A stretch of 32,504 nt of DNA from an uncultured Flavobacteriaceae bacterium (GCA_964583375.1 CAZOWC010000001.1:1-32504); one strand, 5' to 3'. Shown: positions 1 to 8,661, counted from the first letter of the stretch. Notes: generated from the sequence alone by a model not told the origin. Program-made: numbers and translations.

Positions 1-888
1 CTCTGCACGTGTAGGGGTCAAGCTTTCTATCATGGTCTCCATCATTTGAGTAGCGATAATGATAGGAATACGTGCAGTTTTGGCAAGGAGAACTAATCTC
101 TTCTGAATAAGAGGAACCTCTTCTGCAGGCACTTCCACCCCAAGATCACCTCTTGCAACCATAAGTCCATCACTGTAAGCAATGATTTTATCGATATTCT
201 CAATGGCTTCAGGTTTTTCAATTTTGGAAATGATTGGAATATTTTGATCAGTGTGCTTTGCCATCAATTCTTTTAAGTCAATCAAATCTTGGCTAAAACG
301 CACAAAAGAAAGGGCAATCCAATCGATATCTTGAGTAAAAATAAATTTAGCGTCTTCAATATCTTTTTCCGTCAATGCAGGAAGAGAAATATTGGTGTTG
401 GGTAGGTTAACTCCTTTATTAGATTTAAAAGGACCTCCCTGAATTACAACAGTTTCAACTTCATTCTTTTTGTTTGTGTCACTTACTTCAAAGATAAGTT
501 TACCGTCATCTAAAAGTATACGCTCGCCCTTGGATACATCTTTTGGGAAATTTAGGTAATTCATATAGGCTTTCTGAGCATTTCCTATAAAAGGAGCGTC
601 CGTAGAAAAAACAACACGATCTCCTGGATTGACGACTGTTCCTTCCTCAATTTTTCCCACCCTTAATTTGGGTCCTTGTAAATCACCTAAAATGGCGGTG
701 TTGGTATTCAGTTTTTTGTCAACATCTCGTATCATTTGAATACGTTCACTGACATCATTGTAATCGGCGTGAGAAAAATTGACCCTAAATACATTTACTC
801 CTGCTAAGATCATTTTTTCGATCACATCTGCAGAGGAAGTTGCTGGACCAAGAGTTGCAACAATTTTAGTTTTTTTGATAACGCTCAT
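1..888 (-). CDS. pyk: pyruvate kinase, N-terminal 296 codons (the rest of the gene lies left of the window)
   Basis: The minus-strand frame is open from ATG at 888 to the window edge. It translates as MSVIKKTKIVATLGPAT...NVFRVNFSHA...MVARGDLGVE...IIATQMMETMIESLTPTRAE, which are typical pyruvate kinase motifs. Its ATG overlaps the upstream gene's stop by 1 nt (TAATG). Confidence 0.9.
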   Translation of the reverse strand, partial: MSVIKKTKIVATLGPATSSADVIEKMILAGVNVFRVNFSHADYNDVSERIQMIRDVDKKLNTNTAILGDLQGPKLRVGKIEEGTVVNPGDRVVFSTDAPFIGNAQKAYMNYLNFPKDVSKGERILLDDGKLIFEVSDTNKKNEVETVVIQGGPFKSNKGVNLPNTNISLPALTEKDIEDAKFIFTQDIDWIALSFVRFSQDLIDLKELMAKHTDQNIPIISKIEKPEAIENIDKIIAYSDGLMVARGDLGVEVPAEEVPLIQKRLVLLAKTARIPIIIATQMMETMIESLTPTRAE

Positions 889-1364
889 TAATCAAATATT
901 AAGTTCAATCGGGTTTTAATTTTTTCGCAAGGCACTTCATAAGCCATCGAGACTGCCCCCCAAGAACTCATTGGTTTTATAAGAAATTGTATAGTTTCCA
1001 AATGGTTTGATTTTATAAAAAAATCGACTTGTTTAAATTCAGGAAATAAAGATACTTCATTTCTCAAAGGGAGGTCAAATAATGCGCCAGTATTTGCGCT
1101 GTCTTGGGTTTTTTCTTGGATGAACTTATTTGAAAAAAGAGAGGTATTTTCATCCAAAAGAGGATTTTCCCATTCAAATAAAGGAAAACGCACCTCCTTA
1201 TCATTTAAGCTTATGTCCTCTACGCGTTTAAATACTGCATCAGTATGTTTGTTGAGATAAAAAGCAATTTGATACCCTTCTAAATTGCTGTGTAAGGCGA
1301 GTAGATGATCCTGAAAATCATCTTCTTCATAGCTTAGTAGATGAATTTTAGAGTTTGATTTCAT
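888..1364 (-). CDS. IPExxxVDY family protein (Bacteroidota-specific, function unknown)
   Basis: 158-aa ORF with a C-proximal FPEFKQVDF segment that matches the family's signature IPExxxVDY motif in relaxed form. It sits between rnc and pyk and overlaps both (ATGA at 1361-1364, TAATG at 886-890). The family assignment is from memory. Confidence 0.6.
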   Translation of the reverse strand: MKSNSKIHLLSYEEDDFQDHLLALHSNLEGYQIAFYLNKHTDAVFKRVEDISLNDKEVRFPLFEWENPLLDENTSLFSNKFIQEKTQDSANTGALFDLPLRNEVSLFPEFKQVDFFIKSNHLETIQFLIKPMSSWGAVSMAYEVPCEKIKTRLNLIFD

Positions 1365-2098
1365 TCAATTCTCTGTTTAATTTTAAGCACTCTTACAGCG
1401 ATTTTAGCCGCTTTTTCCTCTGCTTTTTTCTTCGAGGAAGCCTTGGCTTTTGCAATACATTTATTTTGAAAAATAATCTGACACGAATAATTGATTTTTG
1501 GGTCTAATCCTTGATCTTGGTTGGTTTTAAATTCAATTGATTCCTTCTTTTTTTGACCCCATTCTATCAGCAATGCTTTATGGCTAAGAACTAAACTGTC
1601 TAGGCTTTCGATATCTACATAAGGTAATATAATATTGTAAATGACATATGCTTTGGTTTTGTTATAGCCTTTATCAATGAAAAGTGCCCCGATAAGAGAT
1701 TCAAGCAGGTTACCATGAATATTATCTCCAAAGGTATTGAGGTCATTTGAAATTTCTGCAATACTGTAAAGTTCCATTTCTTTTCCAATTTCATTCAGTT
1801 TAGAGCGACTTACAATTTTAGCCCTAAGTTTGGTCAGAGAACCTTCTTTTGCTGTAGAATAATAGTTAAAGAGAAACTCTGCAATTATAGAATTGAGTAT
1901 CGCATCTCCAAGATATTCTAGGCGTTCAAAATTTAAAGGATCTCCAGCAGTGGTTTTATGATTTGCAGAGCTATGGGTAAAAGCTTCCTTATAGAGTTTT
2001 TTATTTTGGGTTTTAATGTTGAGTTTTTTCTGAAGATTTATAAAAAAACTCCCGGATGTTTCCATTCGGGAATTTCGTATGTAATCTAAAAATTTCAC
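1361..2098 (-). CDS. rnc: ribonuclease III
   Basis: 245 aa with the RNase III signature ERLEYLGDAILN and a C-terminal dsRBD-like basic segment. The start is GTG at 2098, and N-terminal similarity to flavobacterial RNase III supports it. Confidence 0.9.
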   Translation of the reverse strand: MKFLDYIRNSRMETSGSFFINLQKKLNIKTQNKKLYKEAFTHSSANHKTTAGDPLNFERLEYLGDAILNSIIAEFLFNYYSTAKEGSLTKLRAKIVSRSKLNEIGKEMELYSIAEISNDLNTFGDNIHGNLLESLIGALFIDKGYNKTKAYVIYNIILPYVDIESLDSLVLSHKALLIEWGQKKKESIEFKTNQDQGLDPKINYSCQIIFQNKCIAKAKASSKKKAEEKAAKIAVRVLKIKQRIE

Positions 2099-2107
2099 AA
2101 CTTTAAG

Positions 2108-3358
2108 TTAAGGGATTTTTTTAAACACCACACAAGCGTTGTGTCCACCAAATCCGAAAGTATTAGAAAGCGCCACATTGACGGTTCTTTTTTGGGGATG
2201 GTTGAAGGTGAAATTAATTTTTTGATCAATTCCTTCGTCCGCTGTTTGGTGGTTGATTGTAGGAGGCACTACTTCGTGTTTCATTGCCATGATAGAGGCT
2301 ATGGCTTCAACAGCTCCGGCTGCACCAAGTAGGTGACCTGTCATGGATTTAGTGGAGTTGATATTCATTCTATAAGTGTGCTCTTTAAATACCGCTACGA
2401 TCGCGTTTGATTCAGCAATATCGCCAAGAGGAGTTGAGGTTCCATGCATATTAATAATATCTACATCCTCAGGTTTTAGCTTTGCATCGCGAAGGCAATT
2501 TTCCATTACTTTGATAGCGCCTATGCCCTCTGGATGAGGAGCTGTCATATGGTGAGCATCAGCGGAAAGCCCACCTCCAGCAAGTTCAGCGTAAATAGTT
2601 GCACCACGGGTAACAGCGTGTTCGTAGGATTCCAAAATTAAGGCTCCAGATCCCTCACCAAGCACAAAACCGTCTCGGTCTTTGTCAAAAGGCCTTGAAG
2701 CTGTTTTAGGATGATCATTTCGTTTTGACAGAGCGTGCATAGCGTTAAATCCTCCGATTCCTGCCTTAGTAACTGCTGCTTCAGAACCCCCAGTAATCAT
2801 CACATCTGCATATCCTAACCGAATATAATTTAAGGCATCAATCATGGCGTTTGATGCTGATGCACAAGCTGATACAGTAGCAAAGTTTGGACCTCTAAAG
2901 CCGTACTTAATAGAAATTAAACCAGGAGCAATATCCGCAATCATTTTAGGAATAAAGAAAGGGTTGAATCTTGGATTTTCATTTGAAGCCGCAAAATTCA
3001 GCACTTCGTTTTGGAAGGTTTCCAAACCTCCAATACCAGCTCCCCAGATTACACCGACTCTATCTTTGTCTACCTTTTCTAAAGGAAAGGAAGCGTCTTT
3101 TAAAGCCTCAGCAACAGTTACTAAAGCGTATTGTGCAAAGCGATCATATTTCCGGGCTTCTTTCCGGTCTAAATGATCTAGTGGATCAAAGTTTTTAAGT
3201 TCGCAGGCAAACTGCGTTTTAAACAATGTAGGATCAAAATAAGTTATTGGACCAGCACCACTTGTACCAGAAAGTAAACCCTCCCAATATGCTGAGAGGG
3301 TATTGCCAATTGGTGTAAGGGCTCCCAATCCGGTAACTACTACACGTCTTGGTTCCAT
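2108..3358 (-). CDS. fabF: beta-ketoacyl-ACP synthase II
   Basis: 416 aa: MEPRRVVVTGLGALTPIGN, active-site context ATVSACASAS, HGTSTP and GFGGHNA motifs. It lies immediately downstream of acpP. Confidence 0.95.
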   Translation of the reverse strand: MEPRRVVVTGLGALTPIGNTLSAYWEGLLSGTSGAGPITYFDPTLFKTQFACELKNFDPLDHLDRKEARKYDRFAQYALVTVAEALKDASFPLEKVDKDRVGVIWGAGIGGLETFQNEVLNFAASNENPRFNPFFIPKMIADIAPGLISIKYGFRGPNFATVSACASASNAMIDALNYIRLGYADVMITGGSEAAVTKAGIGGFNAMHALSKRNDHPKTASRPFDKDRDGFVLGEGSGALILESYEHAVTRGATIYAELAGGGLSADAHHMTAPHPEGIGAIKVMENCLRDAKLKPEDVDIINMHGTSTPLGDIAESNAIVAVFKEHTYRMNINSTKSMTGHLLGAAGAVEAIASIMAMKHEVVPPTINHQTADEGIDQKINFTFNHPQKRTVNVALSNTFGFGGHNACVVFKKIP

Positions 3359-3367
3359 ATGTCTTAA

Positions 3368-3601
3368 TTAGTCAGCTTGTTCAATAAATTGAATCGCTTG
3401 GCCTACCGTTGCAATATTTTCTGCTTGGTCGTCTGGAATTTGAATATCAAATTCTTTTTCGAATTCCATGATTAACTCCACGGTATCCAGTGAGTCTGCT
3501 CCTAAGTCGTTTGTAAAACTTGCTTCTGCAACTACTTCGTTTTCGTCAACACCTAGTTTATCAACTATGATGGCTTTTACTCTTGAGGAAATATCTGACA
3601 T
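3368..3601 (-). CDS. acpP: acyl carrier protein
   Basis: 77 aa with the phosphopantetheine attachment motif [16 protein letters not shown]. Confidence 0.95.
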   Translation of the reverse strand: MSDISSRVKAIIVDKLGVDENEVVAEASFTNDLGADSLDTVELIMEFEKEFDIQIPDDQAENIATVGQAIQFIEQAD

Positions 3602-3628
3602 GATTTAGTTTAGTTAAATTATCTTGAG

Positions 3629-3636
3629 CAAAAATA
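3629..3636 (-). promoter_or_regulatory. candidate Bacteroidota sigma-A -7 box (TATTTTTG) for the acpP operon
   Basis: The plus strand reads CAAAAATA, so the minus strand reads TATTTTTG, a perfect match to TAnnTTTG. It lies 27 nt upstream of the acpP ATG. Confidence 0.35.
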
Positions 3637-3750
3637 TAAAACTTTGCATGATTAAGCTAAATAGGACTTGAATATTCAACTCAAATTTTATTTGCACACG
3701 AACAGTAGGATTGTAATGTATTATATTTACTGCATATTAACCCAATATTG

Positions 3751-4326
3751 ATGAATAAAAGAATAATCTTATTAGCTTCAGGAAATGGATCTAATGTAGA
3801 GGAAATTTGTCGCTTTTTTGAACAAGATACTACTGTAGCTATAAGTGCAGTATTGACAAATAAAGCTTCAGCTGGGGTGATCAAGCGGGTTGATCAGTTC
3901 GGTTTAGAAGCTGTGGTATTTGATAAAACCAGCTTTACCAATGGGACGTTGCTCAAAAAGGTTGAAAAAATCAAACCAGACCTAATAATTTTAGCAGGTT
4001 TTTTGTGGAAAATAGGGGAAGATTGGATAAAGTCTTTTCCAAAAAAAATCGTTAATATCCACCCTGCATTATTGCCCAAATATGGAGGAAAAGGAATGTA
4101 TGGAAGTCACGTTCACAAAGCTGTAAAGGTAAATAAAGAGAGAGAAACAGGGATTACTATCCATTTCGTAAATGAGGCTTATGATGAAGGAACAACTATT
4201 TTTCAAGCAAAAGTTTCAATTTCCAATCAAGATACTGTAGACGAAATTGCAGCCAAGGTTCACCAATTGGAGCATCGTCACTTTCCTTTAGTCATTGAGA
4301 AATTATTAAAGACTACGGCTAAATGA
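3751..4326 (+). CDS. purN: phosphoribosylglycinamide formyltransferase
   Basis: MNKRIILLASGNGSN...NIHPALLPKYGGKGMYG...TGITIHFV are the GART family motifs. The ORF track starts at TTG 3748, but the ATG at 3751 is the more likely start. Confidence 0.9.
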   Translation: MNKRIILLASGNGSNVEEICRFFEQDTTVAISAVLTNKASAGVIKRVDQFGLEAVVFDKTSFTNGTLLKKVEKIKPDLIILAGFLWKIGEDWIKSFPKKIVNIHPALLPKYGGKGMYGSHVHKAVKVNKERETGITIHFVNEAYDEGTTIFQAKVSISNQDTVDEIAAKVHQLEHRHFPLVIEKLLKTTAK

Positions 4327-4805
4327 AGTCAAGATCAGTTTATCTCTACACAGACGGATCTTCTCTTGGAAATCCGGGACCTGGAGGGTATGGAATTATA
4401 CTTGAATAGGAAGTAATGTCTTATGTCAAAGAGTTTTCTCAGGGTTTTGTTAGAACTACAAATAATAGAATGGAACTTTTGGCGGTAATAGTAGGTTTAG
4501 AAACGCTAAAAAAAGCACCTTTAGAGATCGTAGTTTATTCCGATTCAAAATACGTAGTTGATGCTGTAGAAAAAAAGTGGGTTTTTAATTGGGAGAAAAA
4601 AAACTTTAAGGACAAGAAAAATCCTGATTTATGGAAGCGATTTTTAATAATTTACAGAAAGCACACCGTTCATTTTCAGTGGATTAAAGGGCACAATATG
4701 CATAGACAAAACGAGCGATGCGACCGATTAGCAGTTCAGGCAGCCAAAAGTAAAAACCTCATTCCAGACGCTTTTTTTGAACAAATGGAAAAACAAAAAC
4801 CCTAG
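4323..4805 (+). pseudogene. rnhA: ribonuclease HI interrupted by one in-frame TAG (codon 29, 4407-4409)
   Basis: ATG 4323 (ATGA overlap with the purN stop) reads MKSRSVYLYTDGSSLGNPGPGGYGIILE, then TAG. The same frame continues EVMSYVKEFSQGFVRTTNNRMELLAV...SDSKYVV...KGHNMHRQNERCDRLA. Together these form a full-length RNase HI with the DEDD/H catalytic residues present. Confidence 0.75.
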
Positions 4806-4876
4806 AAGAATACTACTGCTAATTTTTTTACTTGATAATTGTTATAAATAATGTCACCGAGGCGTAAAGAGTTTTT

Positions 4877-4884
4877 TATTTTTG
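4877..4884 (+). promoter_or_regulatory. candidate -7 box (TATTTTTG) only 4 nt upstream of the PfkB-kinase ATG
   Basis: Perfect TAnnTTTG at 4877-4884, with the ATG at 4889. I did not find a well-spaced -33 TTG. Confidence 0.3.
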
Positions 4885-4888
4885 CAAC

Positions 4889-5818
4889 ATGAACAACAAA
4901 CTTTTAGTCTTAGGCACTATAGCTTACGACGCAATTGAAACCCCTTTCGGTAAAACAGGAAAAATTCTTGGGGGTTGTGCCACCTACATAGGACTCGCAG
5001 CATCACATTTTAAAACAGAATGCGGTTTGATTTCCATCATTGGCTCTGATTTTGAAGAAGAGCACTTAAATCTTTTAAAAGAGAAAAATCTAAATCTTGA
5101 CGGAGTCGATCAACTCCAAGGGGAAAAGACTTTTTTTTGGAGTGGTAAATACCATAACGACCTCAACACAAGAACCACTCTTGAAACACAGTTGAATGTT
5201 TTAACAAAATTTCAGCCAAAAGTCCCAGAAAATTATAAAGATTCCAGTGTTGTTTTATTGGGAAATTTAGACCCGAATATTCAATTAGAAGTGTTGAATC
5301 AAATGGATCAAAAGCCCAATTTGATCGTTATGGATACCATGAATTTTTGGATCGAAAGTTATCGTGAAAAGTTGGATGAACTTATCGCAAGAGTTGATGT
5401 AATTTCAATTAATGATGAAGAAGCGAGACAGCTGACACAAAAGTACTCGCTAGTTGAAGCCGCAAAAGACTTACAGGCTATGGGTCCAAAATATGTAGTT
5501 ATCAAAAAAGGAGAGCACGGCGCCTTGTTGTTCAATGGAAGTAATATCTTCTGTGCACCTGGACTGCCCTTAGACGAGGCATTTGACCCGACAGGAGCAG
5601 GGGATAGCTTTATAGGAGGGTTTACCGCATATTTAGTGCAACGAAAAAAAATTAATTTTGAGGAGATGAAGACCGCAGTAATCGTTGGATCTGCCTTAGC
5701 TTCATGTACAGTTCAGGGATTTGGAACATCAGCCTTAGAAAAAATGACTTTTGTGCAGTTGGCACAAAGAATACAAGCCTTTAAATCATTGACAGAATTT
5801 GAAATAGAACTAACATGA
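4889..5818 (+). CDS. PfkB-family carbohydrate/nucleoside kinase
   Basis: 309 aa with the C-terminal PfkB signature DPTGAGDSFIGGF and an N-terminal GG dipeptide region (KILGGCATY). Confidence 0.8.
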   Translation: MNNKLLVLGTIAYDAIETPFGKTGKILGGCATYIGLAASHFKTECGLISIIGSDFEEEHLNLLKEKNLNLDGVDQLQGEKTFFWSGKYHNDLNTRTTLETQLNVLTKFQPKVPENYKDSSVVLLGNLDPNIQLEVLNQMDQKPNLIVMDTMNFWIESYREKLDELIARVDVISINDEEARQLTQKYSLVEAAKDLQAMGPKYVVIKKGEHGALLFNGSNIFCAPGLPLDEAFDPTGAGDSFIGGFTAYLVQRKKINFEEMKTAVIVGSALASCTVQGFGTSALEKMTFVQLAQRIQAFKSLTEFEIELT

Positions 5819-5825
5819 GAATCTG

Positions 5826-7724
5826 ATGAGTGATGCAATCAAGCACGAATGTGGAATTGCACTTTTGCAATTAAAAAAACCACTTTCCTTCTACAAGGAA
5901 AAATACGGCAGTACATTTTACGGAATCAATAAAATGTATTTGTTGATGGAAAAGCAACACAATAGGGGTCAAGACGGGGCTGGATTTGCAAGTATTAAAT
6001 TTGACATGTCTCCGGGACAACGATATATCAGCCGAGTTCGTTCCGCAGATCAACAGCCCATTCAAAAGATTTTTAAAATTATCAATACCCGTATCCAAAA
6101 AGAAATTGATGAGGACCCCACCATAGCTTTAAAGCCAGAAGAACTAAAAGCTAAAGTGCCTTATCTAGGAGAGCTGATGTTGGGCCACGTTCGTTATGGA
6201 ACTTTTGGAAAAAATAATATTGAAAGTGTACACCCCTTCTTACGTCAAAACAATTGGATGCACAGAAATCTGATTGTTGCGGGGAATTTCAATCTTACCA
6301 ATGTAAATGAATTGTTTGATAATCTTGTAGATCTAGGACAGCATCCTAAAGAAAAAGCCGATACTATAACGGTGATGGAAAAAATTGGACACTTTTTGGA
6401 TGATGCAGTGGCCAAAATCTATAAAAATTTAAGAAAAGAAGGATATTCCAAAAAAGAAGCTTCCCCGCTGATTGCTGAAAGACTAAAGCTATCAAAGATT
6501 TTGAGAAAGGCATCTAAAAACTGGGATGGTGGTTATGCGATGGCTGGTTTACTAGGTCATGGCGATTCTTTTGTATTGAGAGATCCAGTAGGAATCAGAC
6601 CAGTATATTATTATTCAGATGATGAAATTGTGGTTGTAGCTTCTGAACGACCTGTGATCCAAACTGTATTCAATGTTACTTTCGATCAAGTTCTAGAGTT
6701 AGAACCTGGAAACGCATTAATTACCAAAAAAGTTGGGGGAACTTCTATCAAGCAAATTATTGAGCCCCAAGAAAAAAGATCTTGCTCCTTTGAGAGAATT
6801 TATTTTTCAAGAGGAAGTGATGCAGAGATTTATCAGGAGCGTAAAGATTTAGGCAAAGCATTGTTTCCATTGGTTCATAAAGCTATAGGAGGGGATCTCG
6901 AAAACAGTGTATTTTCATTCATCCCTAATACAGCAGAGACTTCTTTTTACGGACTCATAGGAGCAGTACAAGATCATGTTCGAGAAATCTTACATGAAGA
7001 ATTATTTAAATCGGATCAACCCAATAGCAAGGCATTAGCAAAGCTTTTAGCGCTTAAACCAAGAATTGAAAAAATTGCAATTAAGGATGCTAAACTTCGA
7101 ACATTCATAACTGAAGACAGCGACCGAGACGATTTAGTGGCCCATGTATACGACATTACCTATGGGGTAGTTAAAGCATCAGATAATTTAGTGATTATCG
7201 ATGATAGCATTGTTAGAGGGACTACATTGCAAAAAAGTATTTTGCGGATGCTGGATCGTCTAGGGCCTAAAAAGATCGTCGTAGTATCCAGTGCCCCCCA
7301 AATTAGATATCCTGATTGTTACGGAATTGATATGGCTAAGCTCGAAGAGTTCATCGCTTTTAGAGCAACACTGTCTTTACTTCAAGATGATGGTATATAC
7401 GATGAGGTGATTCAATCGGTTTACAAAAAATGTAAAACAAGTGTTGAAAATAAAGAGCCTTCACCACCAAACTATGTCAAGAAAATTTATGCTTCTTACT
7501 CCAACGAACAAATTTCAAATAAGATATCAAGCTTGCTAAAAAACGACCACATAAAAGCTGAAGTTGAAGTTATATTCCAAACTGTTGAGGGCCTTCATAA
7601 ATCCTGTCCTAAAAATCTAGGAGACTGGTATTTTACAGGTGATTATCCAACTGCTGGGGGTTGTAGGGTTGTGAATCGAGCCTTTATCAATTTTGTCGAA
7701 AAGAATAACAAAAGAGCTTACTAA
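5826..7724 (+). CDS. purF: amidophosphoribosyltransferase (long Bacteroidota-type PurF)
   Basis: 632 aa. It has an N-terminal nucleophile Cys in MSDAIKHECGIA, an Ntn glutaminase region (RGQDGAG) and the PRTase motif VIIDDSIVRGTT. Confidence 0.9.
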   Translation: MSDAIKHECGIALLQLKKPLSFYKEKYGSTFYGINKMYLLMEKQHNRGQDGAGFASIKFDMSPGQRYISRVRSADQQPIQKIFKIINTRIQKEIDEDPTIALKPEELKAKVPYLGELMLGHVRYGTFGKNNIESVHPFLRQNNWMHRNLIVAGNFNLTNVNELFDNLVDLGQHPKEKADTITVMEKIGHFLDDAVAKIYKNLRKEGYSKKEASPLIAERLKLSKILRKASKNWDGGYAMAGLLGHGDSFVLRDPVGIRPVYYYSDDEIVVVASERPVIQTVFNVTFDQVLELEPGNALITKKVGGTSIKQIIEPQEKRSCSFERIYFSRGSDAEIYQERKDLGKALFPLVHKAIGGDLENSVFSFIPNTAETSFYGLIGAVQDHVREILHEELFKSDQPNSKALAKLLALKPRIEKIAIKDAKLRTFITEDSDRDDLVAHVYDITYGVVKASDNLVIIDDSIVRGTTLQKSILRMLDRLGPKKIVVVSSAPQIRYPDCYGIDMAKLEEFIAFRATLSLLQDDGIYDEVIQSVYKKCKTSVENKEPSPPNYVKKIYASYSNEQISNKISSLLKNDHIKAEVEVIFQTVEGLHKSCPKNLGDWYFTGDYPTAGGCRVVNRAFINFVEKNNKRAY

Positions 7725-7798
7725 GGTTCTTTGGCTATAAAAATTGAACTTTATCGACTTATTTTATTGTAAAATTTAGCGATAAATAATTCTTATGG

Positions 7799-7873
7799 AA
7801 CCTGAATATTAGTAGGTTAAGTTCATGTTAAGATTTGGAGCAAAAATGAGGAATTTATTCCTCATTTTTATTT
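7799..7873 (+). ncRNA. candidate small RNA, copy 1 of a tandem 75-nt element (5' hairpin, AU-rich linker, intrinsic terminator)
   Basis: 68 of 75 positions match copy 2 by hand alignment. It ends in the hairpin AAAATGAGGAAT/ATTCCTCATTTT (7843-7868) followed by a T-run. It is preceded by TAATTCTT (7787-7794), with TTG 17 nt further upstream. Confidence 0.35.
7843..7873 (+). terminator. intrinsic terminator hairpin plus T-run, downstream of purF
   Basis: Perfect 12-bp inverted repeat followed by TTTTTATTT. Confidence 0.6.
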
Positions 7874-7964
7874 ATCACTATAATTAAAATATACACTTTA
7901 TCTATAAAAATGTCTTTTAAACGATGGAGCAATGTTGAAAAGGTAGGGAAGAATACATTTACAA

Positions 7965-8042
7965 AACCTGAACATTAGTAGGTTAAGTTCATGGTAAGAT
8001 TTGGGGCAAAAGGGAGGAATTTATTCCTCCCTTTTATTTTTT
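7965..8042 (+). ncRNA. candidate small RNA, copy 2 of the tandem element
   Basis: Same architecture as copy 1. It ends in the hairpin AAAAGGGAGGAAT/ATTCCTCCCTTTT (8008-8035) followed by ATTTTTT. It is preceded by TACATTTA (7954-7961), with TTG (7934-7936) 17 nt upstream. Confidence 0.35.
8008..8042. terminator. intrinsic terminator, plausibly bidirectional (serving the plus-strand element and minus-strand sod)
   Basis: Perfect 13-bp inverted repeat flanked by an A-run on the left and a T-run on the right. It lies 11 nt from the sod stop codon. Confidence 0.6.
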
Positions 8043-8052
8043 AGACTACTTT

Positions 8053-8661
8053 TTAAGCCCCCTTTTCGTAAAGTGAAGCCACCTTATTCCAATCGATTAC
8101 ATTGAAGAATGCATTGATATAATCTGGACGTCTATTTTCATAATTTAAATAGTAAGCGTGTTCCCAAACATCAATTCCGAGTATAGGTGTTCCCCCACAG
8201 CCGATCCCTGGCATTAAAGGATTGTCTTGGTTTGCTGATGCACAAATCTCTACATTTCCGTCAGCTTGAACGCACAGCCACGCCCATCCTGAACCGAATT
8301 GAGTAGCCGCAGCTTTTACAAATGCAGATTTAAATTCTTCAAAACTTCCAAATGCATTATTAATTGCAGTAGCTAAACTTCCAGTGGGAAACCCACCTCC
8401 TTCTGGAGACATTACTTCCCAAAAAAGTCGGTGATTATAGTATCCTCCTCCATTGTTTCGAACAGATTTATTTTTTAGATCTAGATTTTTTAAAATATCT
8501 TCAATGGACTGATCCGCTAGCGGTGTATCAGTAATTGCATTGTTGAGATTGGTAGTGTAACCCTTGTGGTGCTTACTATGGTGAATTTCCATAGTACGTG
8601 CATCAATATGAGGCTCTAAAGCATCGTATTGGTATGATAGAGCGGGTAATTCAAAAGCCAT
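8053..8661 (-). CDS. sodA: Fe/Mn-family superoxide dismutase
   Basis: 202 aa: [32 protein letters not shown]...DVWEHAYYL. Metal specificity cannot be read from the sequence. Confidence 0.93.
   Translation of the reverse strand: MAFELPALSYQYDALEPHIDARTMEIHHSKHHKGYTTNLNNAITDTPLADQSIEDILKNLDLKNKSVRNNGGGYYNHRLFWEVMSPEGGGFPTGSLATAINNAFGSFEEFKSAFVKAAATQFGSGWAWLCVQADGNVEICASANQDNPLMPGIGCGGTPILGIDVWEHAYYLNYENRRPDYINAFFNVIDWNKVASLYEKGA

Noticed and set aside
4407-4409. The in-frame TAG in rnhA as evidence for genome-wide stop-codon reassignment or pyrrolysine-type recoding
   Set aside because: TAG clearly ends metG (25174-25176), pdeM (31797-31799), the lipoprotein gene (22384-22386) and rnhA itself (4803-4805) at positions consistent with full-length homologues. 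TAG is therefore an ordinary stop in this genome.
7828-7836. A 9-nt stretch of sRNA-like copy 1 (TTAAGATTT) is identical to plus-strand 8672-8680. It is therefore complementary to the predicted sod 5' UTR, hinting at RyhB-style regulation of sod.
   Set aside because: The match has only one G-C pair. It is shortened to 8 nt in copy 2. It lies at or beyond the predicted sod transcription start. A 9-mer of this composition is plausible by chance in an AT-rich window. It is only worth revisiting if the sRNAs are confirmed.
7910-7978. A 22-codon ORF (MSFKRWSNVEKVGKNTFTKPEH) between the two repeat copies that ends inside copy 2. Copy 1 has a 5-codon counterpart (MEPEY).
   Set aside because: It is too short to assess, the first 17 codons have no counterpart in copy 1, and there is no coding-type conservation. 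It is most likely a chance ORF in AT-rich DNA.
7799-8042. The tandem 75-nt repeat as a MITE or REP-type mobile element
   Set aside because: I saw no terminal inverted repeats spanning the unit, no target-site duplications and no further copies elsewhere in the 32.5 kb. A whole-genome copy count would still be needed to exclude this fully.
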